Positions 41,967-52,414 are shown, numbered from the stretch's first letter. The stretch is DNA of 64,000 bases from Terriglobia bacterium (GCA_965198225.1 CBDAOY010000004.1:192001-256000), one strand, 5' to 3'. The notes: a model not told the origin generated them from the sequence alone. Numbers and translations are program-made.

Positions 41967-42038
41967 GTGTAGGTGCGCTCTCTATGAGCGCACATCTCTC
42001 GAACCAGAACGCTGTGCGGTCACAGACCGCACCTACAC
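41967..42038. repeat. REP doublet copy 4
   Basis: GCTC-type arm first, spacer ATCTCTCGAACCAGAACGCT, then GGTC-type arm. Confidence 0.88.
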
Positions 42039-42047
42039 CCGGGGGGT

Positions 42048-43451
42048 CTAGTCCCGCAACGTGGGTCGCAGCCGGTGGAAGTCTGTGTCCCTCTGGAACG
42101 CCATTGCGATGTCCAGGGCAGACTGTTCGTCCCAGGCCCTTGCGGTGATGTGCAGCCCCAGCGGCATTTCTTCGACGTCGAAGCCGCAGGGTATGGATAT
42201 GCCTGGCAACCCCGTCAGGTTTGCCATCCGTGTCATGGCAGCGCCACGGCGCGGCGGTTCGGACCGCGTGGGCGGAGGTGTCGGCGGCCCATCGATCAGG
42301 CCGGCGCCCCGACCGCGACTCGGTGCGATGATGGCACTGTATGGCGCCAGCAGTTCGTTTGTCGCGTTGACCATCATCTGCCGGATGCGCTGCGCGGTGA
42401 CGTAGTCCGAAGCGGGAAGCATGCTGCCTGCGAGGAAGTCCGCCCGCCGGGCTCGGTCGAACTGACCCTCGATCCGCTTGTCGTTGAAGAGGTGCTTGTA
42501 GAAAGCGCCCGCCTCGGGGTTCCGGGTGACGTTGTAGACCTCGCTGTAGGGAAAGTCCGGCAGCTCGACGTCTTCAAAAGCGACACCTGACTGTTCGAGA
42601 ACGTCCAGAGCCCGATCGAACACCGCGCGGTTCTCTTCCGGAACCAGGTCGAACTCGTGGCGGACCAGGCCCACCTTTCTGCCCGTCATCGGGCCCGGGT
42701 CGCGCCGGAAGCGGAAGACGGCTTCGGAGCTTCTCGGGTCGCGGGGGTCGTGTCCGGCGATCGCGTCGAGCACAAGGCCACAGTCTTCGGCGGAGCGCGC
42801 CATCGGCCCGAGCTTGTCGAGGCTCCAGGCCAGCGCCATACAACCGTACCGGCTGACCCGTCCGTAGGTCGGCCGCACACCGGCGACGCCGCACGACGAC
42901 GAGGGTCCCATGATGGACCCGCCGGTCTCGGAACCGATAGAGAAGCCCACCAGCGCGGCGGCGGTCGCCGCCCCCGAACCGCTGGACGAGCCCGACGTCG
43001 TTCGATCCAGTTTCCACGGGTTGTGCGGATGGTCGACGAGGTTCGAGCGGAGGGAACCCCCGGCAAACTCTGCCATCGTGAGTTTGGCCATCAGGACGCC
43101 GCCCGCGCCGAGGAGTTTTTCCACCACGGCGGCATCACGAGTCGGAACGCGATCGGCGAAGATACTGGATGCCCAGGTTGTCCGGATTCCTTTGGTGTCG
43201 AGAAGGTCCTTGAGCCCGAAGGGAATGCCGTGGAGCGGTCCCCGAACACGCCCCTGTTGGATCTCTTCTTCTGCAGCCCGCGCGTCCGCAAGCGCCCGGT
43301 CGGGCAGCAAGGTGATGATCGAGGCCAGTTTGGAGTCCAGCTCCTGGGCCCGCTCCAGGTAGGCCTCGGTGACTTCGACGGGTGACAGGGCCCCCGAGGC
43401 GATCTGGCCGGAAAGCTCGCTGACTGTTTGGTAGCACAGTTCTTCACTCAT
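42048..43451 (-). CDS. Amidase-signature family enzyme
   Basis: GPLHGIPFGLKD, SGSSSGSG and GSETGGSI; start MSEEL at 43451. Confidence 0.9.
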   Translation of the reverse strand: MSEELCYQTVSELSGQIASGALSPVEVTEAYLERAQELDSKLASIITLLPDRALADARAAEEEIQQGRVRGPLHGIPFGLKDLLDTKGIRTTWASSIFADRVPTRDAAVVEKLLGAGGVLMAKLTMAEFAGGSLRSNLVDHPHNPWKLDRTTSGSSSGSGAATAAALVGFSIGSETGGSIMGPSSSCGVAGVRPTYGRVSRYGCMALAWSLDKLGPMARSAEDCGLVLDAIAGHDPRDPRSSEAVFRFRRDPGPMTGRKVGLVRHEFDLVPEENRAVFDRALDVLEQSGVAFEDVELPDFPYSEVYNVTRNPEAGAFYKHLFNDKRIEGQFDRARRADFLAGSMLPASDYVTAQRIRQMMVNATNELLAPYSAIIAPSRGRGAGLIDGPPTPPPTRSEPPRRGAAMTRMANLTGLPGISIPCGFDVEEMPLGLHITARAWDEQSALDIAMAFQRDTDFHRLRPTLRD

Positions 43452-43455
43452 GCCG

Positions 43456-43740
43456 TCACCTCTCAAACCCGAGAAGGGGTTCGATGTCATCCGGAATTGG
43501 GAAATTGCGCACGACCTGGTGGTCGCGCAGCTTTCGGGTCAGCCCCGCCCGCAAATCCTCCAGGTGTTCCGGGTCTTCGTAGATGCCGCGTACGCCCTGC
43601 ACGTCGAGCAGGGTTAGAACAAGTTCGGTCGACACCTCCCCGTCCTGTTCCATCTCAGTGAGCGCCCTCGCCCAGAGACTTCCCGGCAGAAGCGCCGTCG
43701 CACCGAGCATCGTCGCAAACTCTCGTCTTGTTGGCTCCAT
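43456..43740 (-). CDS. Small twin-arginine protein co-transcribed with the amidase
   Basis: TRREF motif and hydrophobic core; stop 4 nt before the amidase ATG. Confidence 0.7.
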   Translation of the reverse strand: MEPTRREFATMLGATALLPGSLWARALTEMEQDGEVSTELVLTLLDVQGVRGIYEDPEHLEDLRAGLTRKLRDHQVVRNFPIPDDIEPLLGFER

Positions 43741-43941
43741 GGATCACCCCTTTTTGGATTTTGTCTGGAACGTTGGAACGTATCATCGAGCGTGAAGACT
43801 TGTCTAACGAAAGAAGGGGCATGAGCGACCGTACACCCCGGGTATTTCGGATTGGCAATGGACTTTCGAGCGGTCGTTGGTCGCAAGTGATCCGGGTGAT
43901 AGTAGAGTGTTCCTGGTCAAACTCTTCGCTTGGAGGCTGGT

Positions 43942-44478
43942 ATGACAAGAAAGCGTGAGTCTCGTCCTGGCGGACCGCGTCGCGAGAAGCTGAGCTCTTC
44001 CCCCACGATTCAACCGGTGCTCACGGACAGTGCCCTTCAGCGAGTTCGTATAAGGGGCGCCCGAGTCCGTTCTTCCACAACCGTTGAAATCCCGTGGGAT
44101 TCCTTGCGGCAAGGCGCCGTGGAAACTCTCCTCCACGACGACCGCGATGCCGTTCGACCGAACAAAATCCACTCGGAAGTGCGCAAGATGCGAAACCGGG
44201 AGATGGCTCGGTTGCGGCGCGAGCGACGCCAGGGAAACAAGACGGTTCTCGAAAAGCGGGAACGCCTGATCGTTTCCTTTCACGACGAGCTGGTGATGCC
44301 GCGGTTCGCCGCGATGTTCAGGGAACCCATGTCCAGGAGAGAACGCGCCACCGCCCGCCGCGCTGCCGAGAGGCTTTCAGACGAGATCGAGCAGGCCCGC
44401 AAGCCCGTTTACGATCGACTCGCGGGGGAGTTGCGTCGAGACTACCGTGCAAAAGTCGTCGAGAGTCCAGACCGGTGA
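43942..44478 (+). CDS. Arg-rich hypothetical protein
   Basis: GGAGG RBS; 178 aa; no family recognised. Confidence 0.55.
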   Translation: MTRKRESRPGGPRREKLSSSPTIQPVLTDSALQRVRIRGARVRSSTTVEIPWDSLRQGAVETLLHDDRDAVRPNKIHSEVRKMRNREMARLRRERRQGNKTVLEKRERLIVSFHDELVMPRFAAMFREPMSRRERATARRAAERLSDEIEQARKPVYDRLAGELRRDYRAKVVESPDR

Positions 44479-44758
44479 CTGGATCCTCCGTGTCGTGTCC
44501 GCGCCCACCGCCCCCGAGCCGCAAACCGTATTTGTGGCTGCGTTCCTCAGGTAGGGGAGGCTCTCGATCAGGCAAGACCCAGACTCGAAGAAGAGCAGCA
44601 CGATGGTCGCTATGGAGGGGTTTAACCGCATCGCCGGGAGCCGGCTCACGCCTCCCCCCAGATGATGGACTTCGTCTTCCTGGTGGAAGAGAATACTCTG
44701 AAACGTGACACTTGAGCCCGAGGCGCTGCTGGAACCGTCTCGTGCAAGGAGGTCTGTC

Positions 44759-45457
44759 ATGATCAGGCATCTGCTCTCATTCATGATGCTGGCCGTGGCC
44801 GCCGTGTGGCCCGCCGCGGCCACCGCCCAGGATCTGGCGGGGACCTGGACGGGCAGCATGCGCCAGCCCGACTCCGAGTTGGCGGTCACCATGGTCTTCG
44901 AGGTGAACTACGACGGCAGCTGGATTGGCAGAATCGACGTTCCCGTATGGGGTGCCCGCCTGTCCCGCTTGCGTGGGATCGGGATCCGGGGACAGCGGGT
45001 TTCTTTCCAAGTGGAGACCGATTCTGTCACCGGATCGTTCGACGGGTCGATCTCCCCGGACGGCGACACCCTTTCCGGGAATCTCGCGGGTGACACCGGA
45101 AACTATTCTGTGGAGCTTACCCGGATCGATGCCGGGTCCGGAGACGCGGCGTCTCTTGAGGGCGCCTGGGAAGGGCTACTCGATGCCGGCGGGTTCACGA
45201 CGAACGCGGTTCTGGTCGTTTCCAGGAGTGGGGCGGGGGCGGTCACAGCCACCATGAGGATGGGGGATCCCGATTCTGTGGCCCGTCCCATCGACGCCAT
45301 GGTATTCCACGGAGATCTGGTGCGCTTCACCATCCAGGACCTGCGGGTTTTCTTCATTGGGCTGTTGGAAGAAGACGGCAACCTTATATCCGGCACATGG
45401 CGACAGGGGGACGCCCAGCTTCGCCTCGCGCTCGAGAAAAGGGACAATAACGAATGA
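44759..45457 (+). CDS. Secreted hypothetical protein with two repeated beta-rich domains
   Basis: AGGAGG RBS; signal peptide; LAGTWTG/LEGAWEG and DGDTLSG/DGNLISG repeats. Confidence 0.75.
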   Translation: MIRHLLSFMMLAVAAVWPAAATAQDLAGTWTGSMRQPDSELAVTMVFEVNYDGSWIGRIDVPVWGARLSRLRGIGIRGQRVSFQVETDSVTGSFDGSISPDGDTLSGNLAGDTGNYSVELTRIDAGSGDAASLEGAWEGLLDAGGFTTNAVLVVSRSGAGAVTATMRMGDPDSVARPIDAMVFHGDLVRFTIQDLRVFFIGLLEEDGNLISGTWRQGDAQLRLALEKRDNNE

Positions 45458-45502
45458 ACACCGGCCTGTTTCGAATATCGGATCGACAAGGAGATTAGTG
45501 CA

Positions 45503-46492
45503 ATGAAAACCCGACTCTTTCTCATCGTCATGCTGGCCGTGGTCGCGATGGCGCTCGTTTTGTCTCCGGTCACAGATGCCCAGCGCACTGCCCGTCTCAA
45601 CCGTCTTGTCGACGCGCTCTCTCGGGGCAAGGTGGCAATCGGGACTTCTTCGGGCGGGGGCAGCGATCTCGGCGGTTTCCGCGAGGCGGGAAAGGCCCGG
45701 GGTGCGGTGCGGAACGTCGACTTCCTGTTCATGAGCCAGGCAAACCCCGCGACGTTCAGCATCCCGAACCTTAAGTCTTACATGGAGGGTCTGGTCGAGG
45801 GCGGAGCGACGAGTAATCCGAGTACCCACCCCATGCTGCTCCGGGTGCCGACGGTGCACGAGGACACCGAGGCCGCCAAGCAGCGGATCCAGCAGGCGCT
45901 GGATGCGGGCGTTTACAACTTCATGTTCCCGCACGTCGAGAGCGCTGAGGAAGCCCTGTTTGCGGTCCGTGCCATGCGATACCCGGCTCAGGACGTGGTC
46001 GACGGAACGCGGCCCAACACCGCCGGGGAGGCGCCATCGGTTTGGGGCGTCCCCGAACCGCGGTATCGGGAGAAGGCGGACCTCTGGCCGCTCGATCCGA
46101 ACGGCGAACTGGCCAGCATCATCCTGCTCGAAAGCGTGGACGCGGTCGAGAAGTACGGGCGTGCCATCACCGCAGTCGCCGGGGCAACGATCGTGATTCC
46201 CGCCCCGGGAGATCTTCGGAGCGCCTACACGGCCCAGATGTTCCCGAATGTGCCACGCGGACGTGGGCGCGGTGGGCGTGGTGGACGCGGCAGCGGGCTC
46301 AGCGAAGCCCAACAGGAGACTCTCCAGGCCAAACTGGAGGAAGTGTTCGCGATGCAGCTGGCGGTTTGCGTGGAGCTCGATGTCGTCTGCGGGATCACCG
46401 CGGGGGAGCAGGACATCGAGCGACGCGTGCGGCAGGGTTTCCGTTTCATCATCGCCAACAGCCCCGAGGCAGTCCGCCGGTGCGGTCTATGA
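45503..46492 (+). CDS. HpcH/HpaI aldolase-family protein with signal peptide
   Basis: QQALDAGVYNFMFPHVESAEEA, AMRYP, ILLESVDAVE and APGDL. Confidence 0.8.
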   Translation: MKTRLFLIVMLAVVAMALVLSPVTDAQRTARLNRLVDALSRGKVAIGTSSGGGSDLGGFREAGKARGAVRNVDFLFMSQANPATFSIPNLKSYMEGLVEGGATSNPSTHPMLLRVPTVHEDTEAAKQRIQQALDAGVYNFMFPHVESAEEALFAVRAMRYPAQDVVDGTRPNTAGEAPSVWGVPEPRYREKADLWPLDPNGELASIILLESVDAVEKYGRAITAVAGATIVIPAPGDLRSAYTAQMFPNVPRGRGRGGRGGRGSGLSEAQQETLQAKLEEVFAMQLAVCVELDVVCGITAGEQDIERRVRQGFRFIIANSPEAVRRCGL

Positions 46493-46498
46493 CCGCAC
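46479..46498. repeat. Single REP arm overlapping the aldolase stop codon
   Basis: GGTGCGGTCTATGACCGCAC supplies codons RCGL and the TGA. Confidence 0.85.
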
Positions 46499-46578
46499 AG
46501 AGGGCTCCGATTCGTGGGCCGCGATAAACGCGTCGGGCATGCCGCGGCCGGCAACGACTAGACGTATCTCCTGAGCAG

Positions 46579-46650
46579 GTGTAGGTGCGGTCTATGACCG
46601 CACATTCCGCGCGAGCCGAAACGATGTGCGCTCATAGAGCGCACCTACAC
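46579..46650. repeat. REP doublet copy 5
   Basis: Both arms intact; 22-nt spacer. Confidence 0.9.
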
Positions 46651-46666
46651 CCAGAGACTGTGAAGC

Positions 46667-48253
46667 CTATCTCCCCCGTGGCTTATTGACGCATAGTGCG
46701 GCTCGGCAGTTGTCCGAAAACTCAGAGCCCAGATGCATGAGAAGGTCGATGACCTCGGAGAACACCAGCGTCTTCTCCAGTGGACCGTTCGCGATGTCGG
46801 CGACCGTCTCGCCCGATCCCGGTTCAACCTTGCCCCCGTTCAGAGAGTATGCCGTGGCGAACACATCGGCGCGGGTCGCCGCGTCGGCACCTGACGCCAC
46901 CAGGTACAAGATGACGTCCCTGTCGCCAACCAGCGCAGCGGCGTGCAGCGGCGTGAAGCCGTCCTTGTCCGTGGAGTTCACATCGAGCCCTGCTTCCTCC
47001 ACCAGGAACCGAACCGCGTCCAGCCGCCCTTCCGGCTTGACGTGACGCCCCTGGGACGGCTGGTCACCCCAACCGGCAGCGAGCAGCAGCGCGTTGACGC
47101 CCATCGCTCCCGTGACCGAGGGATTGGCTCCGCGAGTAAGGAGAAACTTCATCGCATCGACATCGTTTGCTTCCGCGGCCCGCAGGAACGCGGTGTTACC
47201 CTGATATGTGGGACCGCCGCCCGGTCCGACGATCCTCATCCACATGCGTCCCTGCATCTGGGCGTCGACGTCGGCTCCGTGCTCCACGAGCATTTCCATC
47301 AGTTCCAGATAGTCCACCTCTTCATTGTCGAGCTTTGGCGACGGATACCAACCCCGGGGCGCCCATCTGGTATCCACGGTCGCAAACAGGGCGGTGGTGC
47401 CTTCCGTGCTCGCCGGGTTCGGATCGGCTCCCTGTTCGAGCAGATACTTCGCGATGTCGTACCGACCGTTGACGATGGCGAGCGTCATCGTGCTCATCCG
47501 ATCCGAAGCAGTCAGGGCGTTGACGTCGGCGCCGGATTTGACCAGTGTCTTGGAGGCACCCATGTGACCCTCTCTCGCGGCGAACTGCAGCGCGGTCATG
47601 CCACCCATAGCCAGAGGTTTCGGCGGCCCCTTTCTCGCCACACGGGCGGTGGGTCCGTCCAACACCGCCTTGCCGCGAGTCATCACCTTGGACACAGCGT
47701 CGAGATCGGCTTCATGCCCGGCGAGGACCCGGATGACGTCAGAGCGGCCCCTGGCCGCGGCGAACATCAACGCCGTCTGCTCCTGGTGGACATCCTTCGC
47801 GTTGACATCTGCGCCCGCCGTCACGAGGACCTCGACGGCGTCGGGGCTGCCCGAGCCGGCGGCCAGCATCAGAGCTGTCGTTCCGATCGTCGAGGCCGAT
47901 GTCGCGTCCGCTCCGGCGCCCAGCAGCGCCTCGATGACGTCGGCGTTTCCATTCTTCGCCGCCATGAACAACGGCGTCATCTCACCGAGACGCGTTCGCG
48001 TGCCGACGTCGGCGCCTGCGCCCAGCAGCAACTCCGTCATCGCCAAGTCATTCAGCGACGCGGCCCAGTGGAGGGCTGTCGTCCCGTCGCCCTGAGCTTC
48101 GTTGACGTCAGCGCCCTCCGCGATCAGTGCTCGAACGGTCTCGATATCGCCATCCATCGCGGCAAGGGAAAGTGGCGCGACCGCGGCCGCTCCCGAAGCC
48201 GCCGTCGTCACGAACAATAAAACGACCAACATCAGTCCAAATCGACCCTGCAT
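46667..48253 (-). CDS. Secreted ankyrin-repeat protein
   Basis: Signal peptide; many GxTALHxAA...LLxxGADVN repeats. Confidence 0.9.
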   Translation of the reverse strand: MQGRFGLMLVVLLFVTTAASGAAAVAPLSLAAMDGDIETVRALIAEGADVNEAQGDGTTALHWAASLNDLAMTELLLGAGADVGTRTRLGEMTPLFMAAKNGNADVIEALLGAGADATSASTIGTTALMLAAGSGSPDAVEVLVTAGADVNAKDVHQEQTALMFAAARGRSDVIRVLAGHEADLDAVSKVMTRGKAVLDGPTARVARKGPPKPLAMGGMTALQFAAREGHMGASKTLVKSGADVNALTASDRMSTMTLAIVNGRYDIAKYLLEQGADPNPASTEGTTALFATVDTRWAPRGWYPSPKLDNEEVDYLELMEMLVEHGADVDAQMQGRMWMRIVGPGGGPTYQGNTAFLRAAEANDVDAMKFLLTRGANPSVTGAMGVNALLLAAGWGDQPSQGRHVKPEGRLDAVRFLVEEAGLDVNSTDKDGFTPLHAAALVGDRDVILYLVASGADAATRADVFATAYSLNGGKVEPGSGETVADIANGPLEKTLVFSEVIDLLMHLGSEFSDNCRAALCVNKPRGR

Positions 48254-48285
48254 TTTTCTTATCCTCACTGTAATTCGCCAATCCT

Positions 48286-49656
48286 TTAGATCGAAATCAT
48301 CCCTGTGCTGTCGCCGATCTCCGTCATATCGACGCCGAGCTTGTGCATGATCGCCAGCAGCACGTTCGCCTGCGGTGTTCTTGACTCCGCTTTGACGTGC
48401 AGGTTGCCCCGGACGGTCCCGCTCGCGTGGCCCACCAGAAGTGCCGGCACCATCTTGTGGGCGTGCACGTGAGAGTCCCCCATGGCGCTGCCGTAGAACA
48501 CGAGTGAATGATCCAGCAGGTTGCCGTCGCCATCGGGGGTGTTCTTCAGCTTGTCGAGGAAATAGGCCACCAGGCTGACGTGGTACCGGTTGATCCCGGC
48601 GAACTTTTCGATGCCCTCATCCGTTTCGCCGTGATGCGAAGCGGAATGGAAGGGTGCGTCAACTTCACATTCCGGGAACACGCGGTCGGAGACGTCCCGC
48701 CCCAGCTTCAGCGCGGAGACTCGAGTCACGTCTGCGGCGAAGGCGGCGACCTTCAGGTCCATCATGAGTTTCACCCACTCATCCCACGAATCCGGCACGC
48801 CGACGGGGGCCTCGGGAGTTTCCCGGACCGCCCCGCTCGAGTTGCGCGCCTCGATCGTCTGTATCCGGCGCTCGATCTCGCGCACGCTTTCGAGATAGTC
48901 GTCGAGTCGGGTGTTGTCCCGTGCGTCCAGATCCTGCTTCAACCGCGTGACGTCATGGGTGATGCTGTCCAGGATGCTCCGGTTCATCTCCCGGCGCTTC
49001 GTGCGTTCTTCTTCCGTTCCGCCGAGTCCGAAGATTTCCTCGAACGCCGCGCGCGGGTTGTAGACCATCGGGAGCGGCGTCGTCGGCGAAGACCAGCTGA
49101 TGGTGTCCATGTAGACGCAGCTGTATTTGTAGGCGCAGGAGCCGGAGGCGTCCATTACTTCCGTGCACAACTGAATCGACGGCAGGGGCGTGTCCTGGCC
49201 GTGCTTCTGGGCATAGATCTGGTCGATCGACGTGCCGCAATGAACGTCCGCCCCGACGGTCTGTTTCGGATGAGCCGCCGTCAGGAACACCGCCGCGTTC
49301 CGGAAGTGGTCCGCGCCGACTTCCTCGGGAACCATCGAATCGGCGCCCCCGCAGTCCGTATTGGAAACGATGGTCGTGTAGTCGCGGAATGGTTCCACGG
49401 GTTCGATGATCCTTCCGAACTCGAAATCAGCGCCTTCGGTGAGCGGTCTCCAGAGGCCGGTCTCGTTGCCGTGCGGAGTGCTCCCGGCGCAGCCGTGCAC
49501 GACCTCGATCGCGGCAAAGCGGCTCTTCGGATTTGCTGCGGTGTTGCGGAGCGGCGTCTGTGCCGGCACCATCGCCTCGAGGAACGGCAGGGCGACCATC
49601 GACCCCAGCCCCCGCAGAACCGTGCGCCGCGAGATCTTTTTTCTTGTGATGAACAT
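48286..49656 (-). CDS. DUF1552-family protein (Tat signal)
   Basis: SRRTVLRG...ALPFLEAM, SIDQ, NPRAAFE, DYLESVREIERRI, HSASHH and NLLDHSLVFYGS. Confidence 0.85.
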   Translation of the reverse strand: MFITRKKISRRTVLRGLGSMVALPFLEAMVPAQTPLRNTAANPKSRFAAIEVVHGCAGSTPHGNETGLWRPLTEGADFEFGRIIEPVEPFRDYTTIVSNTDCGGADSMVPEEVGADHFRNAAVFLTAAHPKQTVGADVHCGTSIDQIYAQKHGQDTPLPSIQLCTEVMDASGSCAYKYSCVYMDTISWSSPTTPLPMVYNPRAAFEEIFGLGGTEEERTKRREMNRSILDSITHDVTRLKQDLDARDNTRLDDYLESVREIERRIQTIEARNSSGAVRETPEAPVGVPDSWDEWVKLMMDLKVAAFAADVTRVSALKLGRDVSDRVFPECEVDAPFHSASHHGETDEGIEKFAGINRYHVSLVAYFLDKLKNTPDGDGNLLDHSLVFYGSAMGDSHVHAHKMVPALLVGHASGTVRGNLHVKAESRTPQANVLLAIMHKLGVDMTEIGDSTGMISI

Positions 49657-49685
49657 TGCTGTTGGCACTCCTCTTAATTATTAGA

Positions 49686-52103
49686 TCAATTCGCCTCGTC
49701 GACCGTTGAACTGACTCTGCGCATCTGGAACGGATCGCTGTTGACGATACCCGTGACAAACGCAGAAAACCGATTGTCGTCCTGGGCGGCTTGCCGCGCG
49801 ATCGTTCGGACCATCGGCATATCCCTGTAATCCAGGACGCGGCCGACGGCGTAGGTCAGAAGATTCTCGGTAAAGCTTCCCAGGAAGGCTTCGGACCGAT
49901 TCAAGATCGCCTCCCTGACGCTGGCCGGGCCGGCAAACTCGAACCCGTCATACATCTCGCCCGACGGATCGATGGCGATGCCGCCGTCCCGTTCTCTCCA
50001 AACGCCGACCGCATCGAAGTTCTCCAGCGCCATTCCGATCGGGTCCACGATCTTGTGGCACGACGCACACGCCGGGTTGGACCGGTGCTGTTCCATGCGC
50101 TGGCGGACCGTCAGGATCCTGGCGTTATCGACCTGTTCCTCGAGTGGCGGCACCACGGGTGGCGGCTGGGGCGGCGACAGCCCAACCAGAACTTCCAGGA
50201 CGTACTTACCGCGGGTCACTGGCGAGGTTCGGTTTGCGAATGAAGTCAACGTCAGGATTCCGGCTTTGCCCAACAGGCCGAACCTCGAAGGGTCGGTCAG
50301 TGTCACTCGTTTGAAACCCGACCCGATCACGTCCGAAACGCCATAGTGCCGCGCCAGAATTTCATCCAGAAAAGTGTCATCCGCCGTCAGGAGATCCAGG
50401 ACGCTTCGGTTCTCCCGCGCGATCGTGTCGAACAGGAGTTCGATCTCGCGCTGCATCGAGCGGGCCAACTGCTTCGTGAAGTCCGGAAACAGCAGGGATT
50501 CCGGGGCACGATCCTCCAACCCCGTCAGACGCAGCCACTGGCTGGCAAAGTTCGTGGCGAGGGTTTCAGATCGAGGATCGGCCAGCATCCGCTTCACTTG
50601 TTGATCGAGGATCCCCGGATCCCGTAACCCTCCTCGATTAGCGATGTCTATCAGCTCTTCGTCCGGGATGCTGCTCCACAGGAAGTACGCCAGCCGAGAC
50701 GCCAACTCCAGATCCGAGATGCGGTACGACTGCCCCGGCTGCGCGTCGGACGGCTTTCTCTCGAAACGGAAGATGAATTCCGGTTTCGCCAGTATTGCTT
50801 GAACCGATACGCGCACACCTTCGTCGAATCCGCCGTCCTCTTCGCCTCGCCCGTAGAAATCCATCAGGCTTTCAAGATCTTCGTCGTTCACCGGTCTGCG
50901 GAAAGCCTTGCCGGCCAGCGTCGAAATGATCTCCATGGCGCAGCCCTCATTCTCGGCGGCCGTCGCTGGACGGCATGTAAACACCCTGTCCCGAATCGTG
51001 TTGTCCGAGACGCCGGTCGGATCGAAAGGTCCCGTCACACCGAGCGCCTGCAAGTGAGGCAAATCCGTCATCTCGGGTATGGTCGAGATCGTTCTGTCCA
51101 TGATCGTGTTCTCGACGAGCCGGTAATGATCCTGGACCGGCCCGTCGAACTTCGAGATGAACGCCGCTGACAGCCGCCGCTGACCCGCGTTGACGTGGAT
51201 CCGGTCCGTCGAGTAGTCCGCGGCGCTTTCCTTGATCTCCCTGTCGATCGTCAGGACCGCGACCGGCTCTCCGTCCACGGAGATTTCCAGCTGCTGGCCG
51301 TCGAGTTCCTGCGGCAGCGACGCCCCGATCACCAGCTCCGTGTAGTAGAAGAAGGGCGTAGCCGTGAAGATGTATTCCCCGTCGGCCGGGAACGTGTGCA
51401 GCACCGAGATCCCGCCGCGCGTGCCGACGGGCGTACCGGGAACGTGGCGCATCTGGTTTTCCAGCTTCGACACCTTGTAGGTCGTCATCCCGGCGTCCGC
51501 GTCCGGGTCGCCGAATGCGTCGCGGCTGATCTTGTCCGCCGCCCGGACATAGGCCGCCATGAGCGTCGGCGTGATCGTCAGAGCCTCCGACATGTTGTCG
51601 AAACCACCGCCGGCCACACCGGACGACGTGCGGGCATCGGGCGGCAGCAGATCGCCGACGTCCACCTGGATGCCCAGTAGATCGCGAACCGCGTTCTGGT
51701 ATTCCGTCCGGTTCATCCGGTGCAGTTCCGGCGATTTCACATACGGAGCGACCGCCGCGGCATCGTCGACGCGCGTTTCCAGGCCCGCTGCAAAGGCATT
51801 CGTTGTTTGGATGTCAGGCCGCAACGCACCTGCCGGCGGCATCATTCCCGTCCGCACTTTCCGGATAATCCGTTCGGCAAGGGGCCCGTTCTGCTCGGGA
51901 TGCGCCAGGTCGATCGCGCTCCAGGTAAACCCGCCGGATTCCACACCATCGTCGTGACAAATGGAGCAATACTGCTCGGCGAGCGCCTGCTGGGCTTCCA
52001 CCGACATTACTTCAGTGATTTCCTGGCCGAGGAGGGCCTGGCCTGGGAGGAACATCAACATCGCCGCTACCAGCGAGCCCTTGGAGACGCACATAGCCTT
52101 CAT
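49686..52103 (-). CDS. DUF1592/1588/1585/1595 protein with two CxxCH heme motifs
   Basis: CSICH, GMMPP, HRMNRTEY, ELASRLAYFLWSSIPD, RTSPVTRG, CASCH and ENFDAVG. Confidence 0.87.
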   Translation of the reverse strand: MKAMCVSKGSLVAAMLMFLPGQALLGQEITEVMSVEAQQALAEQYCSICHDDGVESGGFTWSAIDLAHPEQNGPLAERIIRKVRTGMMPPAGALRPDIQTTNAFAAGLETRVDDAAAVAPYVKSPELHRMNRTEYQNAVRDLLGIQVDVGDLLPPDARTSSGVAGGGFDNMSEALTITPTLMAAYVRAADKISRDAFGDPDADAGMTTYKVSKLENQMRHVPGTPVGTRGGISVLHTFPADGEYIFTATPFFYYTELVIGASLPQELDGQQLEISVDGEPVAVLTIDREIKESAADYSTDRIHVNAGQRRLSAAFISKFDGPVQDHYRLVENTIMDRTISTIPEMTDLPHLQALGVTGPFDPTGVSDNTIRDRVFTCRPATAAENEGCAMEIISTLAGKAFRRPVNDEDLESLMDFYGRGEEDGGFDEGVRVSVQAILAKPEFIFRFERKPSDAQPGQSYRISDLELASRLAYFLWSSIPDEELIDIANRGGLRDPGILDQQVKRMLADPRSETLATNFASQWLRLTGLEDRAPESLLFPDFTKQLARSMQREIELLFDTIARENRSVLDLLTADDTFLDEILARHYGVSDVIGSGFKRVTLTDPSRFGLLGKAGILTLTSFANRTSPVTRGKYVLEVLVGLSPPQPPPVVPPLEEQVDNARILTVRQRMEQHRSNPACASCHKIVDPIGMALENFDAVGVWRERDGGIAIDPSGEMYDGFEFAGPASVREAILNRSEAFLGSFTENLLTYAVGRVLDYRDMPMVRTIARQAAQDDNRFSAFVTGIVNSDPFQMRRVSSTVDEAN

Positions 52104-52300
52104 AAAATAGCTAACCTCATGTACCGTTTTATATCGTGTCTAACTATTTACCATCCTTGTCCATGGCGACGAACCCCTTTTTTTATATCTGCAGAAGTTG
52201 CCCGCAACCATTGATGGCCAAAACATCTGCAGGGAACCCCTCCGGTACGGGATAAGTCCGCTCGAATCAGTAGGCGCCGCGTTCGAAGCTCTGGCATCGC

Positions 52301-52369
52301 GTGTAGGTGCGCTCTATGAGCGCACGTGTGTCGGTTCGAAGAATGTGCGGTCATAGACCGCCCCTACAC
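52301..52369. repeat. REP doublet copy 6 (reverse orientation)
   Basis: Reverse complement of the consensus; 19-nt spacer. Confidence 0.9.
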
Positions 52370-52414
52370 CTCCTTTGGACACCGTAAATAGCCCGCCGTC
52401 ATCCAGTTAAAAGG

